Positions 21,486 through 31,305 of a stretch of 64,000 nt of DNA are shown piece after piece (the first letter of the stretch is position 1; each line of letters begins with the position of its first letter). This DNA is from an uncultured Gemmatimonadales bacterium. GTDB taxonomy: Bacteria; Gemmatimonadota; Gemmatimonadetes; Gemmatimonadales; GWC2-71-9. The notes beneath the pieces are model-generated. The model ran no database searches, was not told the DNA's origin, and saw only the letters and a program-made list of their open reading frames with translations. The position numbers were made by a program, and so were the translations under genes. The stretch spans positions 367,908 through 431,907 of the forward strand of contig CAWGED010000004.1 of the NCBI GenBank assembly GCA_963821525.1, written 5' to 3'.

Positions 21486-22317
21486 GATAGCGGTGCAGGC
21501 TGCCTTCGACATTGCTCGCGGTAGCCTGCTGCTGGATGTTCTGTTTGAGCTGTTCAGTTCCCAGGTGCTCGATCGCTGTCGTCATCACGGCGAGCATCTT
21601 CTGCCGCTTGGCGAACCGCCACCACAGGACGCCGCCTCCCAGCGCGAGCAGGACGATGGCGCCCAGCAGCACTTTCCCTCCGACCGTCTTCAACAGATCC
21701 TTCAGCCGGTCGGTAAAGGTCTTGGTGACCGTGCCCGTGGTCTTCCCCACCGTGTCGCTGGCTTCCTGAATCAGCGCGAGCAGGCTATCCTCAGCGGTCC
21801 TCGCAACGCGATGGACAGCGAAATCGCGCCGTGACTCACCGCCGAATCGGCGATCGCTCCGACCGCGGCACTCCCCTCATTCCTCGCGCGGGTCAGCAAT
21901 TCGTCGAGCCAGACCCGCAACGAACTCCGCACCGCGTCACGAAGCTCGGAGTCGGTGCTGGTCACCAGGAGCGACAGCGAATCTCTCGCGCCTCCGCGAC
22001 CGCCGCCTGGAGCCGGTCCCCGATCACCTTGCCGATCGAGTCGGCCTTGAGCTTCCCCGTGTCGCCGGCCGCGGCAAGCAGAGAGAGCAGCTCCGGCCGC
22101 AGTGAGTCCCGAATGTCCCGGGTCAGCCGGAAGGTGAACGAGTCAACGGCGGGCTGGGTCGCCACCGCGAGCGTATCACGGTCGGACTTCACTCCCTTCA
22201 CCAGGCCGGTACCCAGGGAGTGGCCGGCGCCGCTGAGCGAACACGCCGCAAGCGCGACCGGCAGCAGACCGAGAGGGTCCACCATTTCCCGCTTCGCCCA
22301 GCGCCGGTCCACCCCAT
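21463..22317 (-). CDS. Putative lipoprotein, helical, with C-terminal TM (frameshifts)
   Basis: Lipobox-like VALAAC; start overlaps the patatin stop; TM VLLGAIVLLALGGGVLWW. Confidence 0.55.
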
Positions 22318-24318
22318 CAGGCCTGGGGCATGACACGGAGGGTCGGCTTGGGCTCCGGAGCGGCCTGGTCGAAGACCGCGCCGCCCTCCTGCCATTCGTC
22401 CAGCAGCTTGATCAAGTGTTCCAGCCGGGCCAGCGCCTTGGTGGGCCACGGATCATTGAGCGAGAACGGGAATTTCTGGATCCCGTCTCCTCCGAGTTGT
22501 TGCTTGAGCAAACCTGCGGCATCGAACGCGGGGTCCTTGAATACCTCGCGCATGAGGCCGAGACGCTCCTCCAGCCGGCTCATCAGCACCCGGAACCGGA
22601 CCCACTGGTGGATCCGAAAATCGAAACTGTCGCACAACACCTCTCCGGCCCGATCTCCCTTGTCCACGATCTTGGCGATGGTCTTCGAATCCATGGCGAG
22701 ATTGAGCCCGCCTTCGCCATCCTCGAGGCGGACCTGGACCACGCGTTCGCGGTAACTGGGCAGGAGTGACTGGCTGTTGTCCCGGTAGTTTTGCGCGGTA
22801 GCAAAAATCGCGGTGAGAAATTTCAGGAGGTTGTTGCGCGACGCGGGGTCGGTGGGCACCGAGGTGAAGGGAATCCACTCGGGGGACTGCTGGTCCTCCG
22901 GTCGCGGCATGTAAACGCTGCGGTCGATGTTGATCTCGTTGCTGCTCGGCCGATTCCCCGGGCCGCGCCACTGGTTGGCGGCGTAGCTCATGTACTGCTG
23001 GCTGACTCGACCTTGCCTGATGCTGTCCTTGGGAAGGTCGGTCAGACTGATGCCGAAGGTGGGGCGGCGCGGCAGCCAGCCATCGAAGAAGTGGATGGGA
23101 AAGTTGCTGCAGATCCCGCCGTCGCTGAACCAGAGCCGCTGCAGATCGGTCTGGGCATTGAGCGTGACGGTTTCACCGCTGGTGCGGGCCTGGACTCCGC
23201 GGTCATGCCGAATGGCGTAGAGCGGCACGCCGCTGAAAAGCAGCGGGAAACTCAGGCTCATCCGCGCCGCAAGGATCACGGGCAGCTGCCGGGCTTCAGG
23301 CAGGAAGTGATATCCCTCCGGCAGCCGGCAGTAGGCTCGGATCTCATCTTCGGGCTGGATCAAGTGCTTCATCACCGCCTCGGGCAGCAGCAAGGCAAGC
23401 TCGTCCGCCTTGAAGGCGAAGAGCTCCCCCTCGAAGGGAAGGGTGTAGGGCTGGCCGTGACTGAGGCAGGAGGTCACTACCTGGAGGTTGACGGTCCGAT
23501 CCCGCGGCGATTCGGCAGGTTTGTCGCGGCCGGCGTCCCACAGCATACCGAAGGTGAGGGGCGTGTCGTTCGGGAGGCCAGCGAGCATCTGGATCCGCTC
23601 GTGCAGCCATTCCGTCACCGCTGGCTGACCGGTTGGACTGTTGCGGAGCCCGGTGCAGAGTCCGAAGAGGTTGGCCGGCACCCGGTCAACCAGTGTGCGC
23701 CCCAGATGCCAGAACGGAATCAGAGGCCCGAGGAGTGCTGCGGCGAAGAACAGGATGGTCAGCGCGATCAGCCAGGAGATCCAATCCCAGTGACTGGGCG
23801 GGACCATCGCGTGCTGAACGCTGAAGATCCGGCCGGCGATCACGGTGACCACCGAGACTGCGGCCATACTCGAGATCAGCCCGACGGCGTAGACCAGGGC
23901 TCCGCATTTCCAGAGCGCTCGGTGCAGCGGGTACAACCAGCCCAGTGGTATCGAGCGGGGTGGAACCGGTCCCGTCTTCAGGTAGAGGAGGAAGCGGAAA
24001 GCTGCGGGTGGGGCGCGCCGGTTGAAACAGGCCGAGCAGCAGACCCGGCTGGCACAACTCGTCCCGGGTCTTCTTGAGCCCGGCGAATCCCTGGTTTTCG
24101 TTTCCGCCTTCCAGCCAGGGGCCGTCTTGTTTGCGAGATTGGCGCCCGTATTCCGCCGCGGCGGTCAAGGCCGCGGCCATGGCGCCGGCCGAAGTCCCGC
24201 CGATGTTGCGGAAACGATACTTATCCTTGAGGCGGAGGATCGCGGCAGGGTAAACGATCCCGCTCGTGATCCCGCCCTTCATGACCAGATCACACTCTAA
24301 CAACCCGGATTGACCCAC
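22317..24318 (-). CDS. Patatin-like phospholipase with internal TM segments (frameshifts near 23930-24000)
   Basis: DLVMKGGITSG, GGTSAG, ARMSLSFPLLF, FSDGGICSNFP. Confidence 0.88.
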
Positions 24319-24546
24319 GAGCCCCCTGACCCGGAGCCGTCGAAAGTCAGTGGCTCCTCATGTCAGGCCAATATTTGACCGGGCAGATGACACGCAAGTG
24401 CTGATTTGTCAGCAAAATGAACTAGACCGAAGATCTAGATCCGAAGGGCAATAGTGCATTCTTCGACGTCAACTCTTGACACCCTTCAACACAGGCCGTG
24501 TATTAGCAGAGTACTCCTGTCCCATTTCCGCTTTCCAGATCCTGGC

Positions 24547-25254
24547 ATGGTCACGACGCGCCTACTCATCGGCTCCGACGTCAGGCTGTATAGCGAGGGC
24601 CTGCGCCAGTTCCTCGGAACCCAGGGGGGCTTCGAGGTGGTCGGAACTGCCGTCCATGCGGCTGCCGTCCTGGCCGAGGTGAGGCGTTGGGAACCCGACG
24701 TAGTCCTTCTGGATCAGGCACTCCCCGGGAGCCTCGAGACTCTGCGGGGCATCCGGCGCATCTCTCCTCCCTGCCGGGTGGTTGTGCTCGGAGTCCCCGA
24801 CCAGGAGGAGGCCATGCTGCACTGGGCCGAAGTCGGAGCGGTGGGATTCGTTCCGCGGGATGCCTCGCTCGAGGATCTGGTCGAGACGATCGAAAGTGCG
24901 GTGCGGGGAGAGCTGCGCTGCACCGCGACACTGGCCGCGAAACTGGTGCAGGCGCTGTCCTCGCGGGAGCGTCCCGCCGCGGGACACGCGCCGCGCAGCC
25001 CGCTCACGGCCCGGGAATCCGAAATCGTACAACTGATCGACGAAGGACTGTCGAATAAGGAGATCGCGGTGCGCCTCGGCATCGAGGTCGCGACTGTCAA
25101 GAATCACGTGCACAATCTGCTGGAAAAACTCCGGGTGCATCGGCGCTTCGAGGCCGCCGCCCGGCTGCGAGGCAAAGATCCTCGCCGGCCTACCCCGCAG
25201 GAGTTGTTCTCCTCGACCGATTATGATGGATCGTTACAGGACCAACGGATCTAG
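24547..25254 (+). CDS. NarL/LuxR-family response regulator
   Basis: PDVVLLD REC; LTARESEIVQLIDEGLSNKEIAVRLGIEVATVKNHVHNLLEKL HTH. Confidence 0.92.
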   Translation: MVTTRLLIGSDVRLYSEGLRQFLGTQGGFEVVGTAVHAAAVLAEVRRWEPDVVLLDQALPGSLETLRGIRRISPPCRVVVLGVPDQEEAMLHWAEVGAVGFVPRDASLEDLVETIESAVRGELRCTATLAAKLVQALSSRERPAAGHAPRSPLTARESEIVQLIDEGLSNKEIAVRLGIEVATVKNHVHNLLEKLRVHRRFEAAARLRGKDPRRPTPQELFSSTDYDGSLQDQRI

Positions 25255-25349
25255 GTCCACTCTCCTGAATCTCTTCTGAACCAAATCGTCCATTCTCGCC
25301 GGGGTTCCTCCTCGGCAGATTAGGCGTTCCCGCTTCCGGGCGCACGGCT

Positions 25350-25722
25350 ATGGTGGCCAGGTTTACAATCTTATTGGGCAGGACGCCCCGGATGCTGCGC
25401 GAGATACTGCTGTATCTGATGCGGCAGCGCGCCGACGTCGAGATCGTTGAGGCAGGAAGCAGCGCGAACCTCGCGGCGACCGCCCAACGCACTGCACCCG
25501 ATGTGGTCGCGGTCGGCCGACCCGATTCCGATGCCATCAGCGCCTGGACCGTTCTTGCCGTGGCACCCTCGGCCCGATTCGTGGAGCTGTCGGCCGACGG
25601 ACGCAGCGCGGTGCTGTACAGTGCAGATGCGGCGCCGCGAACCTTCGAAGGACTCGCGCCAGATCACTGCTGGACCTCATTCTCTCCGACACACCCTCCG
25701 AACCCGCTGCGCCCTTCGCTAG
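25350..25722 (+). CDS. Small degenerate receiver-like protein (3' end uncertain)
   Basis: MLREIL..LM..RADVEIV...APDVVAV; reads into the HAD ORF, probably through an indel. Confidence 0.4.
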
Positions 25723-25748
25723 TCTTTCCGTGTACCTTCCTCACATCG

Positions 25749-26549
25749 ATGCGCGGCTTTTTGTTGGACCTCGACGGCACGATGTATACCGATGCCGGAG
25801 CGGTACCCGGTGCACTCGAGACGATCGGCGCTCTGCGGTCGCGCAGAATCCCATTCCGCTTCGTCACCAACACCACCGGGCGACCGCGGAGCAAGCTGGT
25901 CGAGAGGCTGAGAGGGTACGGCCTCGAGCTGACCGCCGACGAGATCCTCACTCCGGTGGGGGCGGCGGTCGTGCTGTGCCAGGAGCAGGGCTACAACCCC
26001 GCCGCGCCGTATGTGCCGGAGGCGACACTGGAGGATCTTCAGGGACTCGATCGGGTGGCCGGCACGACCGAACGAGCGAGGGAAGGGGCTCGGCCCGGCG
26101 CCGTCATCATCGGCGATCTCGGCGACCGGTGGACCTACGAGTTGTTGCAGGAAGCGTTTGGTTTTCTGCTCGACGGGGCGGAGCTGGTCGCCTTGTCCCG
26201 CGACCGCTACTGGCTCAAGGGCAACCGGCTGGTCCTCGATGCGGGTCCCTTCGTCACGGCACTGGAGTACGCCTCGAGTCGCACCGCAAGAGTCACTGGA
26301 AAACCCACCAGGCAATTCTATGATGCGGCGGCGAAGAGCCTGGGTCTACCGCCGGATACATCGCCTGGCGATATCGCGATGATCGGAGACTACGTGTGGT
26401 CCGACGTGCGCGGAGCCCAGGAGGCAGGATGCCAAGGCTGGCTGGTGCGCACCGGCAAATTCCGGGACGAGCAGTTGAGCGAGAGCGGGGTGGTGCCGGA
26501 TCGGGTGCTGGCGAGCGTCGCCGACTTGGCGGGGGATTTGAAAAAATGA
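25749..26549 (+). CDS. HAD-IIA hydrolase (LHPP-like)
   Basis: LLDLDGTMY, FVTNTT, GKP, MIGD, LVRTGKFR. Confidence 0.88.
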   Translation: MRGFLLDLDGTMYTDAGAVPGALETIGALRSRRIPFRFVTNTTGRPRSKLVERLRGYGLELTADEILTPVGAAVVLCQEQGYNPAAPYVPEATLEDLQGLDRVAGTTERAREGARPGAVIIGDLGDRWTYELLQEAFGFLLDGAELVALSRDRYWLKGNRLVLDAGPFVTALEYASSRTARVTGKPTRQFYDAAAKSLGLPPDTSPGDIAMIGDYVWSDVRGAQEAGCQGWLVRTGKFRDEQLSESGVVPDRVLASVADLAGDLKK

Positions 26550-26610
26550 GAGGTGAGATGTAAGAAGTGAGAGGGGGAGGCGCCCTCTCACTTCTCACCT
26601 CTCACTTTTT
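26547..26610. terminator. Heptamer-armed hairpin (TGAGAGG/CCTCTCA), probable bidirectional terminator
   Basis: A-run, tgagaggtgagatgtaagaagtgagaggg..ccctctcacttctcacctctcac, T-run, between convergent genes. Confidence 0.7.
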
Positions 26611-27504
26611 GTTGGTCCCGTCTCCCGTCTCCCGTCTCTCGTTTCCCACCAGCTTCAGCACCTCGGCCACGACTACATCCGGCCGCTCCTCGTGGACATG
26701 CAGCCCGCAGTTGGGCACCGAATCGACGGCAAAGTTAGGAATCCGGTCCCGCATCGCCTGGACCTTGTGCGAGTTTATCCCGGAATCATGAGGTCCGGTT
26801 GGGAGCAGGAGCGTTACTGGCACCTTGATCTCGCTCAGGTGATTGGTGATCGAGTCGGGCTCGACCGCGTTGACCATGCCCTTGAGCACCTTCAACACTG
26901 CGCCGATGTCTCCCGCGGCTCCCTCGGTGTAGCCGTCGATCACCTCATTGGTGATCCACGTGGTATCCGTCGAGGAGGATATCAGGCCCTTGCGCACCTC
27001 GCTCCGAATCTTGCCCCGTCCCGCGAAGATCTTGAGCAGAAAACCGAACTTCACCGCCTTCTTAACCCCGGCCGTGGCCAGTTTCTCGTCCGGCCCGCCA
27101 TCTATCGTGAGGATCTGAGCCACCCGATCCGGCCGGCGCACCGCCATTCGCAACGCCATCGAGGCCGAGACCGAGTGTGCGACGATCAGCGAGGGCGGAA
27201 GATGGAGGCTGTCCATCACCGCCGCGATACGGTCTGCCTGTGAGGTGAGCGAGTAATTCGCCTTGCCCGGCCGCGAGGAATTGCCGGTCCCGAGTGGCTC
27301 GATCACAATGAGCTGCAGCCCGTTCTCGGCCAGCGGCGGTATCACCTTGCGGAAAGCAAAGGCGCGGCCGGAGAGCCCCGGGATAATCACTACCGGCGTC
27401 CCCGTACCCGTAATGGTGACGCGGATCGATTCCGCGGGAGCGGTCGTCACGGTGCGTACCACGGCACTGTCCAGCGCGACCAACAGCGAGAGAGCGAGCA
27501 GCAT
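26602..27504 (-). CDS. Alpha/beta hydrolase with N-terminal hydrophobic segment
   Basis: IIPGLSG, PLGTGNS, AHSVS elbow, terminal GLHVHEERP. Confidence 0.8.
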   Translation of the reverse strand: MLLALSLLVALDSAVVRTVTTAPAESIRVTITGTGTPVVIIPGLSGRAFAFRKVIPPLAENGLQLIVIEPLGTGNSSRPGKANYSLTSQADRIAAVMDSLHLPPSLIVAHSVSASMALRMAVRRPDRVAQILTIDGGPDEKLATAGVKKAVKFGFLLKIFAGRGKIRSEVRKGLISSSTDTTWITNEVIDGYTEGAAGDIGAVLKVLKGMVNAVEPDSITNHLSEIKVPVTLLLPTGPHDSGINSHKVQAMRDRIPNFAVDSVPNCGLHVHEERPDVVVAEVLKLVGNERRETGDGTNKK

Positions 27505-27743
27505 CAGGTCCAATACCTCGTGTATCAGAGTCAAACTGGGCCGGAATGTGGTGGGGTTGGGCAGAGGGGACAATCGCCCAGGGCAGATTACAGAAACCTC
27601 GTGTGCGTCGGACACGGGTAGGTCTGACCCGGGACCGCGGGGCTGGCTCCGAGGGGTGTGACTAACTGCTTGACCTGCTGGCGTTTGCGACTGTGACTCC
27701 CAATGGGGGGCGCGGCCTGATCGTTGCCCCTCTGACTTCTACT

Positions 27744-28497
27744 ATGCCGCAATTGTCTATTCGTCAGACGGTCATTCTCGCCGCGGGGTTCGGCTCACGG
27801 TTGAGCGCCACCCGGGGAGAATTGCCCAAGCCGCTGGTGCGAGTGGCGGGCAAGACTCTCCTCGATCACGCCCTGGCCCAGGCTGCCGCCGCCGGTTGTG
27901 ATGAGGCCATCGTAGTTACCGGCAATGCCGCCGAGATGATTCGCGATCACCTCGCGAGCATCAGGACTGCGCTTCCGGTCAAGCTGGTGCACAACGAACG
28001 CTATCAGGAACCGAACGGTGTTTCCCTCATGACGGCGGAGCCGTTGATTGACGGGCCGTTCTTCCTGCAGATGGCCGATCATCTTTTCGCCGAACCGGTG
28101 CTTCCGATCCTGGCTGACCGTCTATCCGCCCCGGCGGGCTATCAGAGGTTGCTGGTGGACTTCAAGCCGGTCGGCATCGACGAAGACGACGCCACCAAGG
28201 TGAAGGTGACAGCACGGACGGATCACCGCGATCGGGAAGGATGTCTGGGATTACGATGCGGTCGACACCGGGTACTTCCTGCTCGATCCTCGAGTCTTCG
28301 GTGCACTGAAAGAAGTCGCCAAGGTGGAGCCGCCTTCAGTCACCCTCGGCATGCGAAAGTTGATCGCGGCAAACCAGCTCGCGTCGGTTTCGTTGACCGG
28401 TGTTCGCTGGACCGATGTCGATACTCCGGAGGATTACTCCAAGGCCGAGGTACTGCTCGCGTCGGCCGGCCGGCGGCAGAAGATTGCGGCGACCTGA
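27744..28497 (+). CDS. NTP-transferase / cytidylyltransferase (IPCT/LicC-like); frameshift near 28215
   Basis: ILAAGFGSRL..PKPL, NGVSL, MADH, DATKV, DTGYF, WTDVDTPED. Confidence 0.85.
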
Positions 28498-28498
28498 T

Positions 28499-28610
28499 GG
28501 CGGGAAGGCGGTAGGGCGTAAGAAATGAAGAGGCCGAAGATGTTTCGGCCTCTCGTCTTTGGCATCTCCCGCCCGCTCCCGCCTCACCGCCCTCCCGCCC
28601 TCCCCGCCTT
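28499..28610. repeat. GGCGGGAA/GGCGGTAG array with inverted CCGCC array and inner hairpin
   Basis: 20-nt ggcgggaaggcggtagggcg identical to 5172-5191. Confidence 0.65.
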
Positions 28611-29723
28611 CTCTGGCCCCCCCGCAAACACCCACTGCGCTCCCGTCATCGCTCCCGATACCAGGAAAATCACCGCCGACCAGATCACCGCGACCAGGTC
28701 TACGTGCAGTAGCGCGCAAGGCAGGTAGAGGAAGGTGAAAGTCGCGCCGGGCGCCCATTTCGATCAAATCGTCAACCACCTGTTTGATCCCGCGCTTGCC
28801 GGCAGCCGGCTGACTGGTCGGGGCTGCCTTCTGTCCCCACCAGCGAATCGAGGTGACGCTGCCGCTTCCTCCGCCTCGGGTGAGCAGAGCGGCATAAAGC
28901 GCAGCCTGATAAATCAGGTGTGAAATCACGCCCACCAGCGTGATCCAGCCCGCGGGAACCGATCCCGCCCGATAGAGCGTGTACCCCACTGCGGCGAAGT
29001 AGCCCACGTTGACCGCATCATCGAACAACTGGTCCAGCCATTCGCCGAGCCGGGATCGCAGATACTTGAGCCGACTGATTTCCCCATCGCAGCCGTCGAG
29101 TATCGACTGGACCAGGAGCAGCAGTGCGCCCGGGATAAGTCCGGACGTGCCTCGTATCGCCACTACCAGGATCGCGGCGAGACCGAACAGCGCCGCGACG
29201 ACCGTCATCTGGTTGGGGGTAACCGGCCACTTGAGGAGCGCCCGGGTCACCTGAAGCGAGATGTGCCGGTTGAGTTTGCGGGAGACGATACCGTCGGTGG
29301 GTTTGAACAGAGTCTTGAGCAAGAAGACGTTCGGCCTGGTCTCGAGTGGCCGCGGTGTCGGTCGTCACGATGAACTCACCCGGTGCAAGCGGCGCTCTTT
29401 CGATGTCGGTGCTTTGGTCCCCCCGGGCAGTTGCTTGGGTATCGCCGGATGCCAGACGAGGCCGACATGCGCGGTCAACTCCGGCGGACCGGCGGACAGG
29501 TTGCCCCGAGCGAAGGGAGGGGGCGGACCGGCGGACTGGCGGACGGACGCGAACGTGAGTCTCGAATCCGTCGCCAGTTCGGCCGGCACACCGCCGGAAC
29601 CTCGACCTCCGTAATGCCGGCGTCCTGCAGGGAGAGCAGCTGTCGCAACAGGACCGGAAGTCCGGCGACCACGGCTTCCGGGTCGCCCGCGGGCGGACCG
29701 ATCAGCCTGGCATGACGAATCAC
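28584..29723 (-). CDS. CDP-alcohol phosphotransferase with degenerate NTP-transferase-like N-terminus (frameshifts)
   Basis: KPTDGIVSRKLNR, VTPNQMT, LDGCDGEISRL...GEWLDQLFD. Confidence 0.85.
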
Positions 29724-30553
29724 TCGCCGACCCTTCGCGGCTCGATGGCAACCAGGGCGGCGAGGTACACGTTGAGTGCCGTCGCGCAGAACGCCATGTA
29801 GACGGCGGTAGCGTCTGGCCAGACCGCCGTGAGCGCCAGAAACAGATAGGCGAGGGCGAAATGGGTTCCGATGCCGAGCCAGGTCCAGGCCCGCATGCGG
29901 CCGGCGTTCTGGCTGCGGTAGGCAACGGGATCGTTCACCGGGTCGATGCGCAGTGCCGCGTGCTGCGCCCTGGAATAGCGTTCGTAGACCGAGAAGAGGA
30001 ACACGTCGCCCCAGCGACCGGCGGCCCGCGCCGCTTCCCGGTTTCGCATCACTTCGGCAACATCCTCCTCACGCTCGAGGTACCCGCCGCCAACCCGCGC
30101 GATGTAACGGGTCTTGGCGTGATCAAACAAGGCTGATTGCAGCGCGGAGCTCGCCGCGCCCGCCAGTCCCAGCAGGGCGAACCAAAGGCTGTGGTAGTAC
30201 ATCACCATGAAATAGGACGCACCGATCGCCAGCGCGATTCCCACCAGATAATCCGTGATGCCGTCGAGGATGGCCCCCGTGGTCGAGGAGATACCCCTCG
30301 CCCGCGCCAGTTGCCCGTCACAGCAATCGAGAACCACGGAGAGAAAGAGCAGCGCTCCGCTGACCAGGCACATGACCGGCCGGGTCACACCAAGGGCAAG
30401 GCAGACGCCGGCCAAAATGCCGGTGAACCCGCTGAGAAGGGTGACCTGATTGGGAGTGATCGGGGTGCGGACCAGCAGCGGGATGAGTCGTGCGGCGAGC
30501 GGGCGATGGATACGCAGGTCGACCAGCTCCTCGACTTCGACCGGTTTGCTCAC
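29720..30553 (-). CDS. CDP-alcohol phosphotransferase
   Basis: ITPNQVT, LDCCDGQLARARG..S.TGAILDGITD. Confidence 0.9.
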   Translation of the reverse strand: MSKPVEVEELVDLRIHRPLAARLIPLLVRTPITPNQVTLLSGFTGILAGVCLALGVTRPVMCLVSGALLFLSVVLDCCDGQLARARGISSTTGAILDGITDYLVGIALAIGASYFMVMYYHSLWFALLGLAGAASSALQSALFDHAKTRYIARVGGGYLEREEDVAEVMRNREAARAAGRWGDVFLFSVYERYSRAQHAALRIDPVNDPVAYRSQNAGRMRAWTWLGIGTHFALAYLFLALTAVWPDATAVYMAFCATALNVYLAALVAIEPRRVGE

Positions 30554-30573
30554 CTCGCCCTTCTCTTTCCCGG

Positions 30574-31305
30574 TCAGCGGCCGGCGAAGCGGGCGCAGGC
30601 GTCTTCGAAGTCTTCGTAGCTGTCGATCTCGGTCCATTCGGCGCTGCTCACCGGAACGACGCTGAATGAGGTACCGCTGTCGATCATCCGCTGAAAACCT
30701 TCTTCGTAGAACACGTCGGTCCGGCCCGAGCGCACCAGATCATCCAGCGTGGGCCAGAGCCGCCCGAGGGCCGGGCCGCCGATCTTCTGGATGCCGATGG
30801 ATTCTCCCGCTGCGACCCTGGGATCGATCGTCTTCGAAAGCCTTGTCACTCGTCCGCGAGAATCGAGCATCACCTTCATCTCCTCATCGGCGAGTTGCGC
30901 CTCCTGATCCACCAGCAGGGCACAGGCCTCTGCCTCGTCCATGAGACGACGGATCGCGTCGCCAGAAAGCACGACGTCCCCATCGCAAATGACTAGCGAC
31001 CCGGGTCCCAGGTGAGACCGCGCGGCGAGCAGGCTCACCACGTTGTTCGTGGTCGCGTAATCCCGATTGGGTGCGAGGGAAACTTCGAATGGCGGTGCGT
31101 GCTGCGCGAGATGTTCTTCGATGCGGTGGGCGAGATAGCCGGTCACCAGGACGCCACGCGTAATGCCGGCCTCGGCAAGACGCTCCAGCAACCGCTCAAG
31201 AATTGTCCGGCCGCCCACTTCGAGCAGGCACTTGGGAGAACTGTCGGTGAGGGGGCGAAGGCGCAGGCCGCTCCCCGCCACGAGGACAACGGCCTGCCGC
31301 CGCAT
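30574..31305 (-). CDS. Phosphocholine/phosphonate cytidylyltransferase family (LicC/PntC-like)
   Basis: LVAGSGLRLRPLTDSSPKCL, TTNNVVSL, EEMKV, GESIGI, WTEIDSYED. Confidence 0.88.
   Translation of the reverse strand: MRRQAVVLVAGSGLRLRPLTDSSPKCLLEVGGRTILERLLERLAEAGITRGVLVTGYLAHRIEEHLAQHAPPFEVSLAPNRDYATTNNVVSLLAARSHLGPGSLVICDGDVVLSGDAIRRLMDEAEACALLVDQEAQLADEEMKVMLDSRGRVTRLSKTIDPRVAAGESIGIQKIGGPALGRLWPTLDDLVRSGRTDVFYEEGFQRMIDSGTSFSVVPVSSAEWTEIDSYEDFEDACARFAGR

Noticed and set aside
7314..24318. CBASS or another named defence system (patatin effector)
   Set aside because: No CD-NTase, STAND NTPase or other signature gene recognised.
25350..26549. Receiver-HAD fusion (399-aa ORF)
   Set aside because: The linker is low-complexity and the HAD domain begins with its own ATG at 25749; probably an indel artefact.
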